DNA of 124,000 nucleotides from Hyalangium minutum (GTDB lineage: Bacteria > Myxococcota > Myxococcia > Myxococcales > Myxococcaceae): the NCBI RefSeq assembly GCF_000737315.1, contig NZ_JMCB01000005.1, positions 144,001 through 268,000 of the forward strand. The letters run 5' to 3'. Positions within the stretch are counted from its first letter, which is position 1. The number at the start of each line of letters is the position of its first letter. The notes under the pieces were generated by a model. The model made no database searches. It was given only the letters and a program-made list of their open reading frames with translations, and was not told where the DNA came from. Position numbers and translations under genes: made by a program. Positions 1-8,319 of this stretch are shown here, in pieces.

Positions 1-314
1 TCCCCCGCGCTGTACATCTCCGCGGTGACGCTGGCGGCGGTCATGGAGGCATGCATGCTGTTCATCGCAACATAAGAAGAGGCGATGGCGCGGTTGCTGA
101 CGGCGAAGTAGTTGAGCGAGCGCGCCTCCAGGGTGGCCATGGAGTAGGCCAGGGCGTCACTGTGCTGCTGAAGGCGCGTCTTGCCGCGCAAGGCGTGGCT
201 GAGGTTGAAGCTCAGTGCCACCATGAGCGCCAGCAGCAGCAGGGAGAGCGCCGCGAGCACCATGGCTTGCCCGGCCTCGCCGCGCCTTCTCAGAGGTGGT
301 TGGTGGTCAGGCAT
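1..314 (-). CDS. TadG/TadE-like pseudopilin (Flp pilus assembly), 5' part only; continues past the window edge
   Basis: Hand translation from CAT at 312-314 gives MPDHQPPLRRRGEAGQAMVLAALSLLLLALMVALSFNLSH..., a G-Q-A prepilin-like motif followed by a hydrophobic helix. Overlaps the end of the TadE-like gene. Confidence 0.6.
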   Translation of the reverse strand, partial: MPDHQPPLRRRGEAGQAMVLAALSLLLLALMVALSFNLSHALRGKTRLQQHSDALAYSMATLEARSLNYFAVSNRAIASSYVAMNSMHASMTAASVTAEMYSAG

Positions 315-1066
315 GTGTTCGACTGGGGAAGCGCAGAGGCGTAGAGGTTGGACTGCATCCGCATGGTGTAGGCGGCCCGGATGGGGAGGATGTAGACGCC
401 CCGGTTGGCGGCGTCCGCGTACTCCTGGCCGAAGAGGTTCTGTCCGGGGGGCTGCTGCTTGCCCATCCGCATCAGCATGGGCAGCTCGCGCTGCAACGCG
501 ATGGAGTGGATGACCCAGTTGGCGAAGGGGATGGGGAGCCGGTAGTTGAGCGTCACCTGGATGCGCAGCTTGGTGCGGTGGCTCTGAAGCCACTCGTCGT
601 AGGGGGAGGAGGCCACGCGCGGATCATCGAAGTCCAGCTCGCGCGTTCCTCCAGGAAGCTCCTGGAGCGTGGGCCCGCAGATGGTGACTGCCACGTAGGG
701 CAGCTTCGCGTCGGGCATCTGGTTGGTTGAGACACCCTCCGAGTTCCACTTCTTCTGGAAGTTCTTGGCACCGGTGACGGGCTGGATGGACTCGCCGCCG
801 CCTTGGTCCTGGCTGATCAACGGCAGCAGCACCGCGAGCCCCGCCTGCTCCATGGCGTCCTTGTGCGCGTGGTGCAGCGAGCCCACGCGCACGGCCCGGT
901 AAGCGGCGTACTTCGCCATCAGCCGCGCCTGATGCATCATGCCGAGCTGAAGGATGCCCAGGATCAGGAAGACGAACAGCGGCAGGATGATGGCGGTCTC
1001 GATGGCCGCCTGTCCCGACTGAGCGTGGCGTGGGGATGGCCGCGGGCCTGGCTCTCCTCGGCTCAA
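290..1066 (-). CDS. TadE-like pilus assembly protein
   Basis: GQAAIETAIILPLFVFLILGILQLG motif and 'AAYRAVRVG', typical of the TadE N-terminus. Confidence 0.7.
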   Translation of the reverse strand: MSRGEPGPRPSPRHAQSGQAAIETAIILPLFVFLILGILQLGMMHQARLMAKYAAYRAVRVGSLHHAHKDAMEQAGLAVLLPLISQDQGGGESIQPVTGAKNFQKKWNSEGVSTNQMPDAKLPYVAVTICGPTLQELPGGTRELDFDDPRVASSPYDEWLQSHRTKLRIQVTLNYRLPIPFANWVIHSIALQRELPMLMRMGKQQPPGQNLFGQEYADAANRGVYILPIRAAYTMRMQSNLYASALPQSNTCLTTNHL

Positions 1067-1797
1067 GGAGCCGCCCCTGGCTCACGGCCGGCGCTCAGGG
1101 GAGGGAGGCTGACGAGCGCCTGGCGATCCTGCGGGGTGAGGCCCGGCCCATCCGTGACGTTGGAGATGGCGTACTGCACCTCCTCTCGCCCCGGCACCGG
1201 TAGGAACTTGTCGGCGACCAGATTGATGATCTCACGCAGCCCGGGATCCTGGGTGACAGGGCCCAGGCGATAGGTGTCCCACGAGGCCGTAGGAGCCCGG
1301 GTCTCGTTGATGCAGTAGAGGTGCAGTGCCACGGCGAGCGTCTGCTGGGCGGGGACCTGCAGCGGGACGGCCTGGGCCAGCATTCCGTTCTGAGAAGAGA
1401 GATCGTCGGAGATCAGGATGAGACCCGCGGGCAGCTCCACGGTCCGGAGCTGCGCGGAGGTGTTGCGCAGCCTCAAGCAGACGCTCACCAGCGAGCCGCT
1501 GCCCTTCTCTTCTTGGGATTCCTGCTCCTCGGGGATGCAGTCGAGGGCATAGCCTTCAATAGGGGAGAGAAGCTCCACGCCGGAAGGCAGCACATACGGC
1601 GTGCCGACTGGGGTGGCCAGCGATGAACCGATGCCAGGCCGTGTGACGTCACCCGGATTGACTCCAGGGCCACCCTCTCCCTCGGTCCCTCCACCGCAGG
1701 CCACCAGAGCCACCAGTCCCAAAAGCCAGCCCATCCGCCTGAAGTCTCGCAACGTTCCTCCACGCAGGTCTTCCGGTGGCACACTCCGTGTGGCCAC
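1063..1797 (-). CDS. Hypothetical lipoprotein
   Basis: Lipobox LVACGG after a hydrophobic stretch; 4-nt overlap with the TadE-like gene; start uncertain. Confidence 0.6.
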   Translation of the reverse strand: MATRSVPPEDLRGGTLRDFRRMGWLLGLVALVACGGGTEGEGGPGVNPGDVTRPGIGSSLATPVGTPYVLPSGVELLSPIEGYALDCIPEEQESQEEKGSGSLVSVCLRLRNTSAQLRTVELPAGLILISDDLSSQNGMLAQAVPLQVPAQQTLAVALHLYCINETRAPTASWDTYRLGPVTQDPGLREIINLVADKFLPVPGREEVQYAISNVTDGPGLTPQDRQALVSLPPLSAGREPGAAP

Positions 1798-1922
1798 GCA
1801 TCACCGAACGTGACGCCGCTAAGTAACCCGTGGCGGAAGCGCCTCACAACAGACAGCCAAGAGGCGTGTGGAGGTCCGGCTCCACGGCAGGCGAGCAGGA
1901 TGAAGGAGCCGGATGCGAGGAA

Positions 1923-3815
1923 TTATTTACGATGAGCGCGCCGGAGCTCATCGTTGGCCAACGTGGCACGGACCCGGGGCGCAGCCGCGTGGTCAGGAGC
2001 GAGCTCCAAGAACTTGCGGTAGTGCTCCGAGGCTCTGGCTTGTTGGCCCAGGGCCAAGGCTGCGTCGCCTGCCAGCAATTGGCAATGAGCGTCGTCAGGA
2101 GCTTGCTGGAGGCATTGCTGCGCGCGCGGCAGAGCCTCGTCGAACTGCCGGACCTTGAAGAGCTGCGTCCCCTCCACAAAGGCCCGCCTGGCCTCGAGGC
2201 GTCGAAGCTTCTGCCGGATCTCCAAGGCGCGCGGGTGGGTGGGCGCCAAGCGCAAGAAGCGGGTGTAGCGATCTGCGGCCTTCCGTGACAGCGAATCCGA
2301 CCGTTGTCGGGTGTAAGCCTCACCCGCGATCAGGAAGCACTCGGCCCACTGAGGATCCTGCTGGATGCACTTCTCTCCCTGGAAGGCAGCCAGCTTCACG
2401 TTGTTGCGGAGGAGGGCCTTCTCGGCGCTGGCATATGCGGCCGGGGGCTCGCTGGGGACGGGACGAGGACTCTCGGCAGCGGGGGCGCCCGGAGGGGAAG
2501 CCGAAGGTGCGGCCACGACCATGGAAGCTACCGCGACGGGAATCACGGCGGACGCTCCTCCAGAGGCAGGAGCGCGTGGCTCCTTGCGTGTCAGGCCACT
2601 TTCCCCAGCCACCCGTGGCATTGGCTGAGGCGTGGGGCTCCGTGGAGTGGCCATTGCCAGGGCCAGCGCGGCCCCTGCGACCGCCGAGCCGACTCCTACC
2701 CCCAACAACCTCATTCTGGAGGAGAGGGGACGTACCGGCTCGACCTGTGTGTCCGTGGGGGGCTCTACTGAAGGGGCGCGCTGAGGCGAAGCTGGGAGCT
2801 GGGGAGAGGTTCCTGTCCGCCACCGATCGAGCTGCTCTTGGAAGGAGGGGGGCACCAGCGGCTGCCGGCCCTCCGCCCGCAGGTCTTCCGAGAACAATGC
2901 GTGAATGAAGGAGGAGAGAGACCTCGTGGAGAGGCGGGGATCCATGCTGGCCAAGGCTTCGGTGAGGGCTTCGTCCAGGGCCATGCAGGAGGGGTAACGA
3001 TCTTCGCGCCGGAGGGTCAGCGCCCTCATCACGATGGCATCCAACTCCAGGGGGAGTTCTGGGTTGATCACGCAGGGACGAGGGAACTCGCCACGAACGA
3101 TCCGGGACAGCGCCGAGTAGGCAGGGCCCTCCACGGGAAGCCTCCCGCATAGCAGCTTGTATAGGACGACCCCCGTGGCCCACACATCCGTGCGTGCGTC
3201 CACCAGTTCCCCGCGGGCCTGCTCGGGAGAGAAATAGAGAAACTTGCCCTTCACCGTCCCTGGAGTCGTGGCGAAGTCCCGGGGCTCGCTCGACTGGGCA
3301 ATCCCAAAATCGACGATCTTGACCTGTCCCTCGTAGCTGATGAGCACGTTGTCTGGAGCGATGTCCCGGTGGACGATCTCCAGCGGCTGGCCCTGCTGAT
3401 CCAGGCGGGTATGGGCATAGTGCAAGCCCCGGCACATCTCGCTGCCGATGAGGAGCGCCAGCGGCGCTGGAATGGAGGACAGGCCGGAGCGCAGCGCTCG
3501 CTGAAGCACACGATTCAGGGGCTGGCCATCCACATACTCCATGGCCAAGAAGTACTCGCCGTCGATGCAGCCGAAGTCGTACACCTGAGCGATGTTGCTG
3601 TGCGAGAGCGACGAGGAGATCCGCGCCTCGCGGATGAACATCGTGGTGAAGTCAGGGTTGGAGGCGTGCTCGGGCAGCACCTTCTTGATGAGCACCTCGC
3701 GCGTGACTCCTGCCGCCCCTTGCAGCTGAGAGCGGTAGGTGACTGCCATGCCGCCACGGCCCAGGCATGACACCAGCTTGTAGCGACCGAAAGACTCTCC
3801 AGATTCCACGTCCAT
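1923..3815 (-). CDS. Ser/Thr protein kinase with TM helix and C-terminal TPR-like repeats
   Basis: GRGGMA, HRDIAPDN, DFG and FSPE kinase motifs; hydrophobic TM; two C-terminal repeats. Confidence 0.9.
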   Translation of the reverse strand: MDVESGESFGRYKLVSCLGRGGMAVTYRSQLQGAAGVTREVLIKKVLPEHASNPDFTTMFIREARISSSLSHSNIAQVYDFGCIDGEYFLAMEYVDGQPLNRVLQRALRSGLSSIPAPLALLIGSEMCRGLHYAHTRLDQQGQPLEIVHRDIAPDNVLISYEGQVKIVDFGIAQSSEPRDFATTPGTVKGKFLYFSPEQARGELVDARTDVWATGVVLYKLLCGRLPVEGPAYSALSRIVRGEFPRPCVINPELPLELDAIVMRALTLRREDRYPSCMALDEALTEALASMDPRLSTRSLSSFIHALFSEDLRAEGRQPLVPPSFQEQLDRWRTGTSPQLPASPQRAPSVEPPTDTQVEPVRPLSSRMRLLGVGVGSAVAGAALALAMATPRSPTPQPMPRVAGESGLTRKEPRAPASGGASAVIPVAVASMVVAAPSASPPGAPAAESPRPVPSEPPAAYASAEKALLRNNVKLAAFQGEKCIQQDPQWAECFLIAGEAYTRQRSDSLSRKAADRYTRFLRLAPTHPRALEIRQKLRRLEARRAFVEGTQLFKVRQFDEALPRAQQCLQQAPDDAHCQLLAGDAALALGQQARASEHYRKFLELAPDHAAAPRVRATLANDELRRAHRK

Positions 3816-4058
3816 GCTTCAGTCATCGTACTCTTGACAGCATGTGCGTCACCGAATGGCCCTCCGGCGCTTGGCGGAGCAGCAGGAGGGCAGAGCGGCC
3901 CCTGACTGCGGATTGGCAGGAATAAAAGGAGGGACGCCGTTTTGCCCTGCCTTACCGGCTGCTTGCCCAGCCACCACTCCAGCGGCAGAGGCCAGTCCCA
4001 CCGGAAGCATTGATGGGAATGACCTCCTCCTCGCGGACGGCTTCTCTGCGGCTGAGCG

Positions 4059-4670
4059 TCATTTCAGCGAAGACAGGATCACGTCGAACTGCGTGCTCGC
4101 GAGCTCGGTGTCGGTCTTCATGTGCTGCAGCATGAGCCCGCGGGTCCTGCCCTTCTCCTTCCACGCGAAGAGCTCGATCTTGAGCTGCTCCCCCGCCAGC
4201 ACGACGTCGAACGCTTTGCCCTGGCGCTCCGCACCGGACACCGTGCGCTTCGGCGCGGGGAGCGCCTTGAGCTGTCCTCCGCGTTCCGTGAACCCCTCGC
4301 CCACCCCACTCGCCAGCGCCTCCAGGACATCCTTGGCCTCCACGGAGGCTGGATACAGCTGGATGATCGCGAGCGGAGACGCGGGGCTTTCGAGCGTGAT
4401 CGTCGTCACGCCCGCCTCGGTGGCCTCGGAGAGCTTCATCTCGCTCGGGTACTGAAAGGCGAGACCCGCCTTGTTGTACGAGATCGCCTTCTTTCTCGAG
4501 ACGATCAATTCCACCGTCTCGCCCTTCGGGGTGGTCACCTTGAGCGGCTGCTCCAGCGACATGGGGTAGGTCTTTCCGCCCACCTTCACCTCGAAGCCCG
4601 CCTCTTCCGCAAGGACGGCGGAGCTACACAGAAGTGCCACTCCGACCACGACCGCTCGACATGCGCGCAT
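4059..4670 (-). CDS. Secreted hypothetical protein
   Basis: Signal peptide MRACRAVVVGVALLCSSAVLA; strong GC3 codon bias; start trimmed from the ORF track. Confidence 0.65.
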   Translation of the reverse strand: MRACRAVVVGVALLCSSAVLAEEAGFEVKVGGKTYPMSLEQPLKVTTPKGETVELIVSRKKAISYNKAGLAFQYPSEMKLSEATEAGVTTITLESPASPLAIIQLYPASVEAKDVLEALASGVGEGFTERGGQLKALPAPKRTVSGAERQGKAFDVVLAGEQLKIELFAWKEKGRTRGLMLQHMKTDTELASTQFDVILSSLK

Positions 4671-4996
4671 GTGTACTCCCCAAGAAGTGAGCGGCGACGC
4701 TATCACCATGACTGTGGGCGTGTGTGGGGTGTCGGGCCTTCGGTCCGGACGGAGCCGTGGGGCTCGCCGGTTCGTTCGACGCCAGCGTCTCGTCACTACG
4801 CGGATGCGTGGTGCGAACACGCAGCGGCGCGCAGGGAGGACGTTCTTCCATGCCGCATGCTCGCCTGTTTCCCTCGGGAACGGCTCGGCACGCCGTACTG
4901 GCATGCGGGTTGCTAACCCCTCTGGCAGCAACCCACTGCTCCATTCCTGTGAATGGAGCCCACAAACGAAGTTCACCCCAGAGGAGAGACCTTCCC

Positions 4997-5263
4997 ATGT
5001 CGATGCATCGCGCAGCACTGCGGTTCCTGGCTGTGATTCTGGCGACGTCGGCCGTTGCTTGCGGTGGCGAGGCTGGTGACGTTGAGACGGACGCGACGAA
5101 CGCTTTGACTGTCCACGAGCGCGCGGCCTACACGGTGGAGCAGTATCGGAAGACCACGCAGGTTGAGGCCGCAATGAAGTGCTCCGAGGTTCCGGATCGA
5201 TGCTGCACGGACACGGGCTTCTGCTGCACGTGGGGCCACCCCGACGGGCCGATCTGTCACTGA
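4997..5263 (+). CDS. Small Cys-rich lipoprotein
   Basis: Lipobox AVAC-GG, acidic spacer, C-terminal C-x6-CC-x4-CC-x9-C. Confidence 0.55.
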   Translation: MSMHRAALRFLAVILATSAVACGGEAGDVETDATNALTVHERAAYTVEQYRKTTQVEAAMKCSEVPDRCCTDTGFCCTWGHPDGPICH

Positions 5264-5468
5264 GGCTGTTTCCACCCACCGTCGTACAGCCAGGAGCTGG
5301 GGGAGCTCTGGCAGGCAGGGCTCTCCCGGCTCCATCGGAGCACTGCGGCTGGAAATGCGTGCGAGGTGCACGTATTTTGCTGCGGGCGCGCGACTGCGAG
5401 CACTTCGGCGGGTGTCGGCGTCGGCTCGCCGACGAGTTCACCTCGCCGCTCGAGCACGGAGGACAGCC

Positions 5469-5840
5469 GTGACGATCACGCTGAACCACACCATCGTCCC
5501 CGCGAGGGACAAGAGCGCGTCGGCCACGTTCCTGGCCGAGCTCTTGGGGGTCGAGGTGTCACCCCCCGCCGGGCCCTTCGTGCCGGTGAAGATCAACGAG
5601 GACCTCACCTTCGACTTCGACGATCGCCGCGAGCCCTTACCGGGTCACTACGCATTCCTGGTCGATGACACGACGTTCGACCGGATCCTGAATCATGCCC
5701 AGACCCGGGGGCTCGCCTTCGGCTCGGGGCCCGGAGGTGGCTGGGACGGCCGCATGAACCACCTCAACGGCGGGAGAGGCGTCTACATCCAGGACCCAAA
5801 CGGGCACAGCTACGAGTTCTTCACCGTCGTGCCTTCCTGA
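5469..5840 (+). CDS. VOC/glyoxalase family protein
   Basis: LNHTIVPARDK, HYAFLV and GRGVYIQDPNGHSYE motifs; GTG start after GGAGG. Confidence 0.85.
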   Translation: MTITLNHTIVPARDKSASATFLAELLGVEVSPPAGPFVPVKINEDLTFDFDDRREPLPGHYAFLVDDTTFDRILNHAQTRGLAFGSGPGGGWDGRMNHLNGGRGVYIQDPNGHSYEFFTVVPS

Positions 5841-5874
5841 GGCCATCATCCAGCCCCTGTGGCTCGTACAGGGC

Positions 5875-6621
5875 TCAGCTTCCGCGCAAGAAGGCCCGGG
5901 TCATGGCAGCGTACTGGGCGGAGTCTTGTTGCATGCGCTGGAGCAGGTCCTGAGCCTTTGCTGCCTCAGGGCCTCCCATCAGGACGAGAGAGCGCAGCGC
6001 CTTCACATAACCCAAGCGGTCTCTGCGTTGCTCCGCCAGAGGCTCCCGTCGCAGTCCCAGGATGCGAAGGGTCGTCTCACCGCGAGCGTTGCCGCCTACG
6101 GCATAGGGAACCTCCTCCCGGAACGAGATGGAGGCTTCGGGATCATCCGCCGCAGGATCCAGCAACAGAGGGTCTTCCTCTGTCACGTCATTCTTGTGGC
6201 TCCGAGCTCGTTTCGCGGGAGTTCCCAGTGGGAAGAGGTTTCGTTTGAACTGCTGATTGCAGAGCGTGCAGGACACGAACAGGTTGGCCCACTCATAGGC
6301 GAGCCAGTAGTACCCGGGGCGATGAAGGGGCTCTCCTTCCTCCTGGCGCCACCCAGCCTTGGGGCGGAAGTGTTCGACGTCCCCGAAGTCGATGTGGGTG
6401 AAGCGCGATTCGCAGAAGGCGCATTTGCCGTGCTGGGCCTGGATGAGCGCCTGCTTGACGGTCTCGTGGCCGTAGAGGTCCGAGTCGGATTCGAACGACC
6501 TCGTTCCCCTCTCGTAGCTCCGAGCAGCGCGCGAGTAGGCCGTGCTGAAGGCTCGCCGGGCCTGGACCCCTTGGGTGCGAAGAATCTGAGGTGGCTCGGC
6601 AGGTTTCCGGACGCGAATCAC
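5875..6621 (-). CDS. HNH endonuclease, Septu PtuB / retron-effector-like
   Basis: KCAFCE, DVEHFRPK and YYWLAYEWANLFVSCTLCNQQFKRNLFPL; 4-nt overlap with the upstream ATPase. Confidence 0.8.
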   Translation of the reverse strand: MIRVRKPAEPPQILRTQGVQARRAFSTAYSRAARSYERGTRSFESDSDLYGHETVKQALIQAQHGKCAFCESRFTHIDFGDVEHFRPKAGWRQEEGEPLHRPGYYWLAYEWANLFVSCTLCNQQFKRNLFPLGTPAKRARSHKNDVTEEDPLLLDPAADDPEASISFREEVPYAVGGNARGETTLRILGLRREPLAEQRRDRLGYVKALRSLVLMGGPEAAKAQDLLQRMQQDSAQYAAMTRAFLRGS

Positions 6622-7982
6622 TTGGGCCCGTTCCTGAGACGCGCGGCGGCACGTTGGATGAGCTCAAGTGCCTCGCGCTCGGTGTGAGTCTCGCCCGTGG
6701 GCAGCGGACCGATGGCCGCCTCCAGCTCGAGCAGCCGGGCCTCATCCTCTCGGGTCAGGCGGGGCTTGGAGAGGAGGGCTGTTCGCTCCTTGAGGAACTC
6801 CTCGATTTGGGGCGGACGCGCCGTCTCGAGCCCGAACAGATCGCTCGTAAGGATCTGGTCCACCCGCCAGCCGCGAATGGACTCCACATCGTTATCGATG
6901 ACGACGTGATCTCCCTTGCGCCGCAGGACAACGATGTTCGCGTTCGTGGCACTCTGGACGACGAGCGGGCTGTGCGCGGTGACGATGAACTGCGTCTGGG
7001 GAAAGCGATCCGTGAGGTACCCAATAAGCTGGCGCTGCCACTTCGGGTGCAGGTGGAGATCGATCTCGTCAACGAGCACCACCGCGGGCTCAGCCAGGGG
7101 ATTGGGGCTGTTGGGGTAGCGCTCGAACATGCGGCTGGCGAGGTCCACCATCCAGGCGATGAGGGTCCGATACCCCAAGCTCAAGTCCCGCATGGCGACC
7201 CAGCCGTAGGGTGTTAGCACCTCCACCCGTGCGGCAGGGACTTTCGCCGTGGGAACTGCGAAGCGGACGTCACTCACCTCCGGGAGCAAGTCGATCAACA
7301 GTTGCCTGATCCGGTCCCGCTTCGTTGTAGCTGCTTGCTGGTCGGGAGAAGGCTTGCTGGCGGCATAGTCCGCTTGCAGGAGCCATTCTTCCGCGTTTCT
7401 CAGGGGCACATCTTCGAGGAAGAGGCTGTCACTCGGTTGTGTCTCTTTGAGCGCAGACAGAGATCCCGCCCCCATCCGGCGGGTGGCTCCGTACCCGTAA
7501 CACACCAGATTGAGGAACGGCTCAGAGATAGTTTGTGACGTGGAGCCGAGAACCTCTGGGGTCAAGGAATACTCAAGTCGCTGCTGATGCTTGGGAGAGC
7601 CTTCTTCAGGCACCCAATTTCCGGCGGAGAGCTCGGCGGAAAAGTGTGCGGCTTTGGCTTGATGGCGTACGGGAACCCAAGGCAAGCGACCGTAATGGAC
7701 AAATCCCTTGGTGGCGTAGTGAGGGCCCGACGAAGCTGGTTCAAAGGTCGTCAAGCTCTGCAAGAGCGTCGTCTTGCCCATGCCGTTGTTGCCGAGGATC
7801 ACCGTCCAGCGTGCTGGTTCTCCTCGCTCATTTGAGAGCTTCAGGGTCTGGCTGGGCCCGAAGCACCGGACGTCCTTGAGTGTCAATGAAAGGAAGTACA
7901 CGGGCAGGGCGGCAGGTTTCGGAGCCTTTGTGCCACGCCCCTGTTTGCCCTGGCGTGATTTTCCCTGACCTCTGGCGGCCAT
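6618..7982 (-). CDS. ABC/AAA ATPase, Septu PtuA-like
   Basis: Walker A GNNGMGKTT, signature LSLGY, Walker B VLVDEIDLHLHPKWQR, TAHSP H-loop. Confidence 0.85.
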   Translation of the reverse strand: MAARGQGKSRQGKQGRGTKAPKPAALPVYFLSLTLKDVRCFGPSQTLKLSNERGEPARWTVILGNNGMGKTTLLQSLTTFEPASSGPHYATKGFVHYGRLPWVPVRHQAKAAHFSAELSAGNWVPEEGSPKHQQRLEYSLTPEVLGSTSQTISEPFLNLVCYGYGATRRMGAGSLSALKETQPSDSLFLEDVPLRNAEEWLLQADYAASKPSPDQQAATTKRDRIRQLLIDLLPEVSDVRFAVPTAKVPAARVEVLTPYGWVAMRDLSLGYRTLIAWMVDLASRMFERYPNSPNPLAEPAVVLVDEIDLHLHPKWQRQLIGYLTDRFPQTQFIVTAHSPLVVQSATNANIVVLRRKGDHVVIDNDVESIRGWRVDQILTSDLFGLETARPPQIEEFLKERTALLSKPRLTREDEARLLELEAAIGPLPTGETHTEREALELIQRAAARLRNGPK

Positions 7983-8319
7983 GTCGCTCCCCTGCGGCGT
8001 TTCCCATCCCGATGCTGAACTTGGGCGGTGTATCACGGATCCCTCCCTCCGGCCTGACCCGCCAGGCCTGCGCGCTGCTCACTCATGGGGTTCTGCCTCG
8101 CTGAAGTGAGTGGGACTTCGGTGGGGCGATAAGCAGCATCCAGGCCACCGCCAGAACTCCGTGACTTCGCGTGGTTACGTGGGAGTGTCAGGCCCTCGAT
8201 CGTCTCATCCGGCGGACGGTGGAGTCCGCAGCTGTGGACGGCGGGAGCGCCGCGTGTGGCTCCGCGAATTGCCAGCACTGGATTGGCAAGAGGCCTCCGC
8301 CTGGACGATCGTTGCCGTC

